Assembly: GCA_016719465.1 (NCBI GenBank)
Contig: JADJYY010000019.1
Span: 5,136-69,135 of the forward strand
Source of the DNA: Hydrogenophilales bacterium
Lineage (GTDB): Bacteria > Pseudomonadota > Gammaproteobacteria > Burkholderiales > Thiobacillaceae
DNA length: 64,000 nucleotides
Direction: 5' to 3'
Under the pieces are notes generated by a model. The model searched no databases. It was not told where the DNA came from and worked only from the letters and a program-made list of their open reading frames with translations. This document shows, piece after piece, positions 40,460 to 48,962 of this stretch. Both the position numbers and the translations under genes were made by a program. Positions within the stretch are counted from its first letter, which is position 1; each line of letters starts with the position of its first letter.

Positions 40460-41502
40460 GCGGGTTCTCCTTCCTGGGCCAGGCCTTCGCCGCCGCCGTT
40501 GTGGATGCCGACCTGCTCGGCGATGCGCCGCAACAGACCGCCGCGCACTTCCTCGGCCGCCTTGAGGATGGCCTGTTCGAAGGCGAATACGTCGGCGGAG
40601 CCGTGGCTCTTGATGATCACGCCGTTGAGCCCCAGCAGGCTGGCGCCGTTATAGCGGCGCGGATCCAGCTTGCGCTTGAAGGCGCGCAACACGGGCAAGG
40701 CGATGATGCCGGCCAGGCGGGTGATGAGGTTTTTCTTGAATTCACCGCGCAACTGGTCGGCCATCAGCTTGGCCAGGCCTTCCGATGTCTTCAAGGCGAT
40801 ATTGCCGACGAAGCCGTCGCACACCACCACGTCCACGGTGCCCTTGTAGATGTCGTCGCCTTCCACGTTGCCCTGGAAATTGAGACCGCTGGTCTTGAGC
40901 AACTCGCCGGCCTGTTTCACCACCTCGTTGCCCTTGATGTCTTCCTCGCCGATATTGAGCAGGCCCACGCTGGGCCGCTCCTTGTGCTCGATGGCCGCGG
41001 CCAGGGCCGCCCCCATGATGCCGAACTGGAGCAGATGCTCGGCGCTGCAATCCACGTTGGCGCCCAGGTCCAGCACGTAAGTGCTGCCGGCGCGGGAAGG
41101 CAGGGTGGAAGCGATGGCGGGTCGATCGATGCCAGGCAGGGTTTTCAGTACGAAGCGGGAAACCGCCATGAGGGCGCCGGTATTGCCGGCGGAAACGCCG
41201 GCATCGGCCTCGCCGCGTTTCACCAGGTCGGCGGTCACGCGCATGGAGGAGTCCTTCTTGGTGCGCAAGGCGACCGGCAAGGGGTCGTCCATCTTCACCA
41301 CCTCGCTGGCGTGATGGACGCGCAGCCGGGTGCCCGGCTCGGCCTTGTTGGCTTTCAGTTCGGCGCGGATCACATCCGCCAGGCCGACCAGGACGATGTT
41401 GATGTCCGGCTCCTGGCGCAGGAAGTCCAGCGCGGCCCTGACGGTGACATGGGGACCGTGATCGCCCCCCATGGCGTCAATGGCGATTGTGATTTCTCGC
41501 AT
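40456..41502 (-). CDS. plsX: Phosphate acyltransferase PlsX
   Basis: 348-aa [20 protein letters not shown]... Confidence 0.95.
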   Translation of the reverse strand: MREITIAIDAMGGDHGPHVTVRAALDFLRQEPDINIVLVGLADVIRAELKANKAEPGTRLRVHHASEVVKMDDPLPVALRTKKDSSMRVTADLVKRGEADAGVSAGNTGALMAVSRFVLKTLPGIDRPAIASTLPSRAGSTYVLDLGANVDCSAEHLLQFGIMGAALAAAIEHKERPSVGLLNIGEEDIKGNEVVKQAGELLKTSGLNFQGNVEGDDIYKGTVDVVVCDGFVGNIALKTSEGLAKLMADQLRGEFKKNLITRLAGIIALPVLRAFKRKLDPRRYNGASLLGLNGVIIKSHGSADVFAFEQAILKAAEEVRGGLLRRIAEQVGIHNGGGEGLAQEGEPA

Positions 41503-41567
41503 GGTCGATCAGCCTGGCCGCGCGAGGACGCTCGCCCCCGCATGGCATTGCCGGTCGCGGAGAAGGA

Positions 41568-41753
41568 TCAGCTGTTGTCGGCCTTGGTGCTGACGACCTT
41601 GCGGCCACGATAGTAGCCGTTGGGGCTGATGTGGTGGCGCAGGTGCATTTCGCCGGTGGTGGCTTCCACGGCGGTGGGCGGCGTGGTCAGAAAATCGTGG
41701 GCGCGATGCATGCCGCGCTTGGAAGGGGACTTCTTGTTCTGTTGAACGGCCAT
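41568..41753 (-). CDS. rpmF: 50S ribosomal protein L32
   Basis: 61 aa [20 protein letters not shown]... Confidence 0.95.
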   Translation of the reverse strand: MAVQQNKKSPSKRGMHRAHDFLTTPPTAVEATTGEMHLRHHISPNGYYRGRKVVSTKADNS

Positions 41754-41781
41754 AACGTTCTCCTTGATTAAAACCTGTAAA

Positions 41782-42219
41782 TCAGGCCTGAAAGCCCGCG
41801 CCGCACCGCCCATCCTCATGACGGGGCGATACCGGCAGGCTCAAAATAATCTCGTCTTCCACCAGGCTTGCCACATCCAGGGGCGCTTCCGCGACCAGGG
41901 CATCCACCAGGGGATCTTCACTTTCCCAACGTTCCAGCTCGGCCTCATCCCGCGCCACGGACAGAACATTGCTCAATTCAAGCCGCTCCGGAAACTTTTC
42001 CAGACAACGCTGGCATGTCAGCCAAAGCCGGGCGTCGATCCGCAGCCGCAATACGGGCCGGCCCGCCTCCGATCCGCCCGCAATATGGTATTGCACTGCA
42101 ACATCATCTGAGGTCAAATTGTCGCGCAAGCGGGGCAACTCATCGACACGCAACTCGCCTTCCAGGCTTCCGCCGGAGCGGGCGAAGCGCAGCGCGTCCA
42201 AGAGTGCCGGTGCAGACAT
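41782..42219 (-). CDS. yceD: YceD (DUF177) family protein
   Basis: 145-aa ORF directly upstream of rpmF, with the acidic C-terminal half typical of DUF177. Confidence 0.85.
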   Translation of the reverse strand: MSAPALLDALRFARSGGSLEGELRVDELPRLRDNLTSDDVAVQYHIAGGSEAGRPVLRLRIDARLWLTCQRCLEKFPERLELSNVLSVARDEAELERWESEDPLVDALVAEAPLDVASLVEDEIILSLPVSPRHEDGRCGAGFQA

Positions 42220-42325
42220 AAGCCGGAAATGCTAAGCTTTACGGCCCTTTTTGTCAAAGTTACGAGGCCATTCAGAACAGGTTTCTTTCTGGAATCCTCT
42301 CGGTGCCACCTTCAAAGGCCATAGC

Positions 42326-43744
42326 GTGATCAAGAAGATACTCATTGCCAACCGGGGCGAGATCGCCGTCCGCATCGTGCGGGCTTGCAAGGAGATGGGG
42401 ATCAAGTCGGTGGCCATTTACACCGACGCCGATCGCCATGCCCTCCATGTCAAGAAGGCCGACGTGGCCTACAACATCGGCTCCGACCCGGTCCTGGGCT
42501 ACCTCAACGCCCACAACATCGTGAACCTGGCGGTAGCCTCGGGCTGCGACGCCCTCCATCCCGGCTATGGCTTCCTCTCGGAAAACCCCGTCCTGGCGGA
42601 AGTGTGCGCCCGGCGCGGCATCAAGTTCATCGGCCCCTCGCCGAAGGTCATCACCCAGATGGGCGACAAGATCCAGGCGCGCCAGGCCATGATCAAGGCC
42701 GGCATCCCGGTGGTGCCCGGTTCCGACCACAATCTCGAGAATGCCGAGGAAGCCCTGAAACTGGCCAAGGAAATCGGCTATCCGGTCATGCTCAAGGCCA
42801 CCAACGGCGGCGGCGGGCGCGGCATCCGGCGCTGCGACTCCGACGACGAGCTGGTCAAGAACTACGAGCGGGTGGTATCCGAAGCCACCAAGGCCTTCGG
42901 CAAGCCCGAGGTGTTCATCGAGAAGTGCGTGGTGAATCCCAAGCACATCGAGGTGCAGATCATCGGCGACAGCCACGGCAACTGCGTGCATCTGTACGAG
43001 CGGGACTGTTCCATCCAGCGCCGCAACCAGAAGCTCATCGAGATCGCCCCCTCGCCCCAGTTGACCGATGCCCAGCGGGAATACATCGGCAAGCTGGCGG
43101 TGCGCGCCGCCAAGGCGGTGGGCTACGAGAACGCCGGCACCGTCGAGTTCCTGCTGGACCACGACAACCAGTTCTACTTCATGGAGATGAACACCCGCCT
43201 CCAGGTGGAACACACGGTGACCGAGAACATCACCGGCATCGACATCGTCCAGGAACAGATCCGCATCGCCGACGACCTGCCCCTGCAATACAGACAGGAG
43301 GACATCCGCTATCGCGGCTTCGCCATGGAATTCCGCATCAACGCGGAAGACCCCCAGAACAGTTTCCTGCCCAGCTTCGGCCGCATCACCCGCTATTACG
43401 CGCCCGGCGGCCCCGGCGTGCGCACCGACGCGGCCATGTATTCCGGCTACACCATTCCGCCCTATTACGACTCCATGTGCGCCAAGCTCACCGTCTGGGC
43501 CCTGAACTGGGAGGCGGTCATCGAGCGGGGCCGGCGCGCCCTGGACGACATGAAGGTCTACGGCGTCAAGACCACCATCCCCTACTACCAGGAAATCCTG
43601 CTCTGCCCGGATTTTCGCACCGGCCGCTTCAACACCGGCTTCGTCGACGCCCACCCGGAACTCCTCAACTACGCGGTCAACCGCCCCCCCGAGCACGTGG
43701 CCGTGGCGCTCTCCGCGGCCATCGCCGCCCACCTCGGCATCTGA
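42326..43744 (+). CDS. Biotin carboxylase subunit (pyruvate carboxylase subunit A type)
   Basis: The GTG start at 42326 gives (M)IKKILIANRGEIAVRIVRACKEMGI... It has an ATP-grasp core and is followed by a carboxyltransferase/biotinyl subunit. Confidence 0.88.
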   Translation: MIKKILIANRGEIAVRIVRACKEMGIKSVAIYTDADRHALHVKKADVAYNIGSDPVLGYLNAHNIVNLAVASGCDALHPGYGFLSENPVLAEVCARRGIKFIGPSPKVITQMGDKIQARQAMIKAGIPVVPGSDHNLENAEEALKLAKEIGYPVMLKATNGGGGRGIRRCDSDDELVKNYERVVSEATKAFGKPEVFIEKCVVNPKHIEVQIIGDSHGNCVHLYERDCSIQRRNQKLIEIAPSPQLTDAQREYIGKLAVRAAKAVGYENAGTVEFLLDHDNQFYFMEMNTRLQVEHTVTENITGIDIVQEQIRIADDLPLQYRQEDIRYRGFAMEFRINAEDPQNSFLPSFGRITRYYAPGGPGVRTDAAMYSGYTIPPYYDSMCAKLTVWALNWEAVIERGRRALDDMKVYGVKTTIPYYQEILLCPDFRTGRFNTGFVDAHPELLNYAVNRPPEHVAVALSAAIAAHLGI

Positions 43745-43759
43745 ACGGAAGAAATCAAG

Positions 43760-45613
43760 ATGACTCAAGTCAAGATCACCGACCTGGTTCTGCGCGACGG
43801 ACATCAATCCCTGATCGCCACCCGCATGCGCACCGAGGACATGCTGCCCATCTGCGGCAAGCTCGACAGCGTGGGCTTCTGGTCCCTGGAAGCCTGGGGC
43901 GGCGCCACCTTCGACGCCTGCGTGCGCTTCCTCAAGGAGGACCCCTGGGAGCGCCTGCGCAAGCTGCGCCGGGCCCTGCCCAATTCCCGCATCCAGATGC
44001 TGCTGCGCGGCCAGAACCTGCTGGGCTATCGCCACTATCCCGATGACGTGGTGCGCGCCTTCGTCCAGAAATCCGCCGACAACGGCGTCGATGTGTTCCG
44101 CGTGTTCGACGCCATGAACGACATCCGCAACCTGCGCGTGTCCATCGAAGCGGTGAAGGCCGCCGGCAAGCACGCCGAGGGCACCCTCAGCTACACCACC
44201 AGCCCGGTGCACGACATCCCCTATTTCGTCGCCATGGCGCGCGAACTGGAAGCCATGGGCAGCGACACCCTGGCCATCAAGGACATGGCCGGCCTGCTCA
44301 CGCCCTACACCACGGCGGAGTTGGTGAAGGCCATCAAGGCCGCCGTCTCCATTCCCATTCACCTGCACAGCCACGCCACCTCCGGCCTGGCCAGCATGGT
44401 CCACATGAAAGGCGTGGAAGCCGGCGCGGTGATGATCGACACCTGTATTTCCGCCTTCTCCGAAGGCGCCAGCCACCCCACCACGGAAAGCCTTGTGGCC
44501 GCCTTCGCCGGCACCGAGTACGACACCGGTCTTGACTTGGGCAAGCTCCAGGAAATCGCCGCCTATTTCCGGGAGGCGCGCAAGAAATACTGGCAGTTCG
44601 AGATGACCGGCCCCCAGGTGGATACCCGCATCCTGGTCTCCCAGGTGCCGGGCGGCATGATTTCCAACCTGAGCAACCAGCTCAAGGAACAGGGCGCCCT
44701 GAACCGGATGGACGACGTCCTGGCGGAAATCCCCCGGGTGCGCGCCGACCTGGGTTTTCCGCCCCTGGTCACCCCCACTTCCCAGATCGTCGGTACCCAG
44801 GCCGTGCTCAACGTGCTCACCGGCGGCCGCTACAAGTCGGTCACCAACGAGGTGAAGAACTACCTGCTGGGCCGCTACGGCGCCGCGCCGGGCACGGTCA
44901 ACGAGGAAGTGAAAAAGATGGCCGTGGGCAACCAGGAGGTCATCACCTGCCGTCCGGCCGACCTGATCGGCGACGAACTGGACAAGCTGCGCGGCGAAGC
45001 CGAGGGCCTGGCCAAGTCCGACGAGGACGTGCTGACCTACGCCATGTTCCCGGACATCGGCCGCACCTTCCTGCAGGAACGGGCCGCCGGCACCCTGACG
45101 CCGGAAACCCTGCTGCCGCCGGAATCCCGCGAGGCCATGTCCTGCCCCGCCGTCTACGCCCCCAGCGAATTCAACGTCACCCTGCACGGCGAGACCTACC
45201 ACATCCGCATCAAGGGCACCGGCCACGGCGGCGAGGGCCAGCGGCCGTTCTACGTGCACGTGGATGGCGTCGCCGAGGAAGTCCTGCTGGAAGCCCTGGA
45301 CGAGGTGGAAGTCACCCCGGGCACGGCCGCGCCCCGCAAGGCTTCCGGCAAGAAGGACAGCGGCGGCAGCAAGCAGCGTCCGCGCCCTACCCACGCTGGC
45401 TGCGTCACCACCGCCATGCCCGGCACCATCGTCGACGTCAAGGTCAAGCCCGGCGACAAGGTCAAGGCCGGCGACGGCGTGCTGGTCATCGAGGCCATGA
45501 AGATGGAAAACGAGGTGCAGGCCCCGGTGGCGGGCACCGTGGTCCAGGTCCATGTGGCCAAGGGCGACGCGGTGACGCCGGATCAGGTCCTGGTGGAGAT
45601 ACAGCCTGAGTAA
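43760..45613 (+). CDS. Carboxyltransferase + biotin carrier subunit (pyruvate carboxylase subunit B / OadA-like)
   Basis: 617-aa ORF MTQVKITDLVLRDGHQSL... with a C-terminal biotinyl motif VIEAMKMENEV. Confidence 0.88.
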   Translation: MTQVKITDLVLRDGHQSLIATRMRTEDMLPICGKLDSVGFWSLEAWGGATFDACVRFLKEDPWERLRKLRRALPNSRIQMLLRGQNLLGYRHYPDDVVRAFVQKSADNGVDVFRVFDAMNDIRNLRVSIEAVKAAGKHAEGTLSYTTSPVHDIPYFVAMARELEAMGSDTLAIKDMAGLLTPYTTAELVKAIKAAVSIPIHLHSHATSGLASMVHMKGVEAGAVMIDTCISAFSEGASHPTTESLVAAFAGTEYDTGLDLGKLQEIAAYFREARKKYWQFEMTGPQVDTRILVSQVPGGMISNLSNQLKEQGALNRMDDVLAEIPRVRADLGFPPLVTPTSQIVGTQAVLNVLTGGRYKSVTNEVKNYLLGRYGAAPGTVNEEVKKMAVGNQEVITCRPADLIGDELDKLRGEAEGLAKSDEDVLTYAMFPDIGRTFLQERAAGTLTPETLLPPESREAMSCPAVYAPSEFNVTLHGETYHIRIKGTGHGGEGQRPFYVHVDGVAEEVLLEALDEVEVTPGTAAPRKASGKKDSGGSKQRPRPTHAGCVTTAMPGTIVDVKVKPGDKVKAGDGVLVIEAMKMENEVQAPVAGTVVQVHVAKGDAVTPDQVLVEIQPE

Positions 45614-45753
45614 TCAGTGAAGGGGGAAGGGTCCGCGCCTTGGGCGCTCAAGGGGGAAGGGTAAAAGCCCGCCCCTTCACCCTTCACCCTTCACCCTTCA
45701 CCCTTCACCCTTCACCCTTCACCCTTCACCCTTCACCCTTCACCCTTCACCCC
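45614..45753. repeat. Heptad-periodic intercistronic element H2 incl. (CCTTCAC)x11 at 45674-45750
   Basis: G-rich segments GTGAAGGGGGAAGGGT (45617-45632) and AAGGGGGAAGGGT (45650-45662) come first. CCCGCC and 11 perfect CCTTCAC units follow, then CCC and the maf ATG. Confidence 0.9.
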
Positions 45754-46344
45754 ATGCGCCTCGTCCTGGCCTCCACCTCCCCCTACCGCCGCGAACTGTT
45801 GGCGAGGTTGGGCGTGCCCTTCGAGGTGGCGGCACCGGAAGTGGACGAGACGCCGCTGCCCGGCGAATCCCCCGACGACACCGCCCAGCGCCTGTCCGTG
45901 TTGAAGGCCCGGGCCGTCGCGGCACGTTTTCCCGATGCCCTGATCATCGGCTCGGATCAGGTCGCCTTGCTCGAAGGCGTGCAACTGGGCAAACCCGGCA
46001 GCCACGAAAACGCGGTGGTCCAACTGCGCGCCATGCGTGGCAAGACCCTGGAATTTCACACCGCACTGACCCTGCTGAACGCGAAAACCGGCTCGGTCCA
46101 GACAGCCAACGTACCCGTTCGCCTGGTGATGCGGAATTACAGCGATGCCCAGATCGAGACCTATCTGAGGAAGGACCAGCCCTACAACTGCTGCGGCAGC
46201 GCCCGTAGCGAGTCCCTGGGCATCGCCCTCATCGCCCGTTACGAGACCGAGGACCCCAATGCCCTGGTGGGCCTGCCCCTGATCAAGCTCACGGAGATGC
46301 TGGCCAACGAAGGCCTGGACGTGCTGACTTACGGGGAGGAGTAA
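45754..46344 (+). CDS. maf: Maf-like nucleoside triphosphate pyrophosphatase
   Basis: 196 aa from the ATG at 45754: MRLVLASTSPYRRELLARLGVPFEV... Confidence 0.9.
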   Translation: MRLVLASTSPYRRELLARLGVPFEVAAPEVDETPLPGESPDDTAQRLSVLKARAVAARFPDALIIGSDQVALLEGVQLGKPGSHENAVVQLRAMRGKTLEFHTALTLLNAKTGSVQTANVPVRLVMRNYSDAQIETYLRKDQPYNCCGSARSESLGIALIARYETEDPNALVGLPLIKLTEMLANEGLDVLTYGEE

Positions 46345-46347
46345 GGC

Positions 46348-47103
46348 GTGCCCTCGCAAGGCGAGGATGAAAGGAACGAGAAGAAGCTTGTGCCTGGCAC
46401 CCTGTTCCTCATCCCCACCCCCCTCGGCGATACCCCACTGGAACACGTCCTGCCCGAGGAGACCCGCCGCATCGCCGCCGGGCTGTCGGTCTTCATCGTC
46501 GAACAGGCCAAGACCGCGCGCGCCTTCCTCAAGCAGGTGCCCACAGCAACTCCTTTACAGCAACTGACCCTGCTGGAACTCAACGAACACACGCCGAAAG
46601 ACCGTCTCGAAAACCTGCTTGCCCCCCTCCTGGCCGGGCAGGATGTGGGCCTGGTCTCGGAGGCCGGCTGCCCGGCGGTGGCCGATCCGGGCGCCGATCT
46701 GGTCCGCCTGGCCCACCGCCACGGCATCCATGTGCGACCGCTGGTGGGGCCTTCTTCCATCCTGCTGGCCCTGATGGGTTCCGGCCTGGTCGGGCAACGC
46801 TTCGCCTTCCACGGCTACCTGCCGACCAAACCGGAAGACCGGGCCAAGGCCTTGCGCGAACTGGAAAAACGCGCGGAGAAGGACGATGCGGCCCAGGTCT
46901 TCATCGAGACGCCGTATCGCAACTCCGCCATGCTGGAAGCCATCCTGGCGGCCTGCCGGGACGACACCCTGGTAACGATCGCCCGCGATCTGACCCTGGA
47001 GGGTGAATATCTGGTCACCCGGCCGGTGTCGGCTTGGCGCGTTAGCGCGCCGGACATCCAGAAACGTCCGACCGTCTTCCTGCTGTACCGTCCCAAAACC
47101 TGA
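46348..47103 (+). CDS. SAM-dependent methyltransferase, tetrapyrrole-methylase (RsmI-like) fold
   Basis: 251-aa ORF with a GTG start; LFLIPTPLGD and GLVSEAGCPAVADPG motifs. Confidence 0.75.
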   Translation: MPSQGEDERNEKKLVPGTLFLIPTPLGDTPLEHVLPEETRRIAAGLSVFIVEQAKTARAFLKQVPTATPLQQLTLLELNEHTPKDRLENLLAPLLAGQDVGLVSEAGCPAVADPGADLVRLAHRHGIHVRPLVGPSSILLALMGSGLVGQRFAFHGYLPTKPEDRAKALRELEKRAEKDDAAQVFIETPYRNSAMLEAILAACRDDTLVTIARDLTLEGEYLVTRPVSAWRVSAPDIQKRPTVFLLYRPKT

Positions 47104-47106
47104 TCA

Positions 47107-47968
47107 TCAAAACGCCTCGCGCATGCGCAGATAGCTGGCGAAGCGGGGCAGGCCGTTCTTGTTCAGTTCGCGGTAGCGGTAGGTGATCAAGGCGCCGATG
47201 GGTGGTGGCGCGCGGCGGGTTTCATCCTTGAAACCGGTGCCGATCCGGAAGCGCCGGCCATCCGTCATCTCCACCCGCAACGCCCCCAGCATGCCCCGGT
47301 ACCTGCCCTGTCCCGGCACATGGCCGATGACGGTGGCTTCCGCGTCCAGCCAGGGCTTCACTTTCAGCAGGACATCGCCGCGTCCGGTCACGTAGGGCGC
47401 ATCCGCCAGGTGCAGCATCAAGCCCTCGCCTCCAGCCCGCACCACTTCGTTCATGCGCCGCATCAGTTCCGCCCGATCGGCCACGCGATAATGCTCCACG
47501 GCTTGCAGCCAGGGCACCGCGGAAGTCCGGACAAGGGCCCCCATGGCTTCGATCCGTTCGCTGAAGGTACCTGGCGCCTCCGGCAGTTCGAACACCATGT
47601 AGCGCACCTGGCGCCACTCCTCGTCCACGGGCTTGTTGCTTGCGCACGATGCCGGAGAGGCGGTCGAAACCGCCACGACCGAGCCAGAGTTCCCCATCCA
47701 GGGGCCGGGCTGGAAACCCGGCGGTGAACCAGGCGGGCGCGTGGACCGCCTGGCCGCTACGGAACCACAAGGACTTGCCGTCCCAGAATGCCCGGGCGCC
47801 ATCCAGCTTCTCGCTGACCCAATACAGCGAAACATCGGTCTGGTTCTGGAAGACGTTGGCGAGCAACAAGGCCGGGGCCGAAGGATGCTCATCGGCGAGG
47901 GAGGCCCGCGCCAGCCCAACCAGCAGCAGGAAGCCGACGAGAACGAGGCACCAGGGGCGTCGGATCAT
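47107..47968 (-). pseudogene. Periplasmic ATP-dependent DNA ligase (LigE-like), with a 1-nt frame disruption near 47632-47641
   Basis: The N-terminal part (frame of ORF 47222..48040) has a signal-like MIRRPWCLVLVGFLLLVGLARA and the adenylation motif SEKLDG. The C-terminal part (frame of ORF 47107..47919) continues KPVDEEWRQVRYMVFELP...LMLHLADAPY. The span is 862 nt, which is not a multiple of 3. Confidence 0.8.
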
Positions 47969-47987
47969 GGGCCCCCGACGGGCGGCA

Positions 47988-48875
47988 TCAGACCGGAAAA
48001 ACCCCGGTGGACAGGTAGCGGTCGCCCCGGTCGCAGACAATGGAGACGATGACCGCGTTCTCCACCTCCCTGGACAGTTGCAGGGCGGCGTACAGGGCGC
48101 CGCCCGAGGAGATGCCGGCGAAGATGCCCTCCTCGCTGGCCAGGCGCCGAGCGGTCTCCTCGGCGGCGGCCTGGCCCACGTAGATCATGCGGTCCACCCG
48201 GTCGTAGTCGCAGATGCTGGGCACGTATTCCGCCGGCCACTTGCGGATGCCGGGAATCTGGGCGCCCTCCTCCGGCTGCACGCCGACGATCTGGATGGCC
48301 GGGTTCACTTCCTTGAGGTAGCGGGAGCAGCCCATGATGGTGCCGGTGGTGCCCATGCTGGAGACGAAGTGGGTGACGCGCCCTTCCGTGTCGCGCCAGA
48401 TCTCCGGGCCGGTGGATTCGTAATGGGCCGCCGGGTTATCCGGGTTGGAGAACTGGTCGAGGATCTTGCCCCGGCCTTCCCGCTGCATCTGCTCGGCCAG
48501 GTCGCGGGCGCCTTCCATGCCGGCTTGCTTGCTCACCAGCACCAGGTCGGCCCCATAGGCCTTCATGGTCTGGCGCCGTTCGATGGAGAGGTGCTCGGGC
48601 ATGATCAGCACCATGCGGTAGCCGCGGATGGCGGCGGCCATGGCCAGGGCGATGCCGGTGTTGCCGCTGGTGGCCTCGATCAGGGTGTCGCCGGGCCTGA
48701 TCTCGCCCCGTGCCTCGGCCTTGGCGATCATGGACAGGGCCGGACGGTCCTTCACGGAGCCAGCCGGGTTGTTGCCCTCCAGTTTCACCAGCACCACGTT
48801 GGAGGTTTCGCCCGGCAGCTTCTTCAGGCGGACCAGGGGAGTGTTGCCGACGAAATCTTCGATGGATTTGTACAT
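47988..48875 (-). CDS. cysM: Cysteine synthase B (O-acetylserine sulfhydrylase)
   Basis: 295-aa ORF; NPAGSVKDRPAL (PLP Lys) and TSGNTGIALA motifs. Confidence 0.92.
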   Translation of the reverse strand: MYKSIEDFVGNTPLVRLKKLPGETSNVVLVKLEGNNPAGSVKDRPALSMIAKAEARGEIRPGDTLIEATSGNTGIALAMAAAIRGYRMVLIMPEHLSIERRQTMKAYGADLVLVSKQAGMEGARDLAEQMQREGRGKILDQFSNPDNPAAHYESTGPEIWRDTEGRVTHFVSSMGTTGTIMGCSRYLKEVNPAIQIVGVQPEEGAQIPGIRKWPAEYVPSICDYDRVDRMIYVGQAAAEETARRLASEEGIFAGISSGGALYAALQLSREVENAVIVSIVCDRGDRYLSTGVFPV

Positions 48876-48962
48876 AGGTGAAAGTAGTCAGTTGGCAGTC
48901 ATCAGTGGGCGGTAGCGAGGGCGGTGGCTGGATTCCGCCTACTGGCGACTGCCTACTGTCGA
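48876..48962. repeat. Heptad-periodic inverted-repeat intercistronic element H3 (ugd stop to cysM ATG)
   Basis: Plus strand reads AGTAGTC AGTTGGC AGTCATC AGTGGGC GGTAGCG ... CTACTGG CGACTGC CTACTGT CGACTAG. The arms are ~29 nt and imperfectly complementary. The element fills the whole 87-nt spacer. Confidence 0.75.

Noticed and set aside
42272-45553. 1093-aa ORF on the minus strand
   Set aside because: It is antisense to both pyruvate carboxylase subunit genes, which have unmistakable motifs. Its composition is low-complexity G/A/V/H-rich, which marks a shadow ORF. The many other long overlapping frames in the track are the same, for example 13114..14679, 15141..16316 and 29177..31096.
45640-45753. 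N-terminal extension of maf through the heptamer array (…PFTLHPSPFTLHPS… from a TTG at 45640)
   Set aside because: The frame is open only because 11x7 nt happens to keep phase. Maf homologues begin at MRLVLASTSP. There is no SD at 45640 and the periodic peptide is an artefact of translating the repeat. It is kept in mind only because copy-number changes would toggle this frame.
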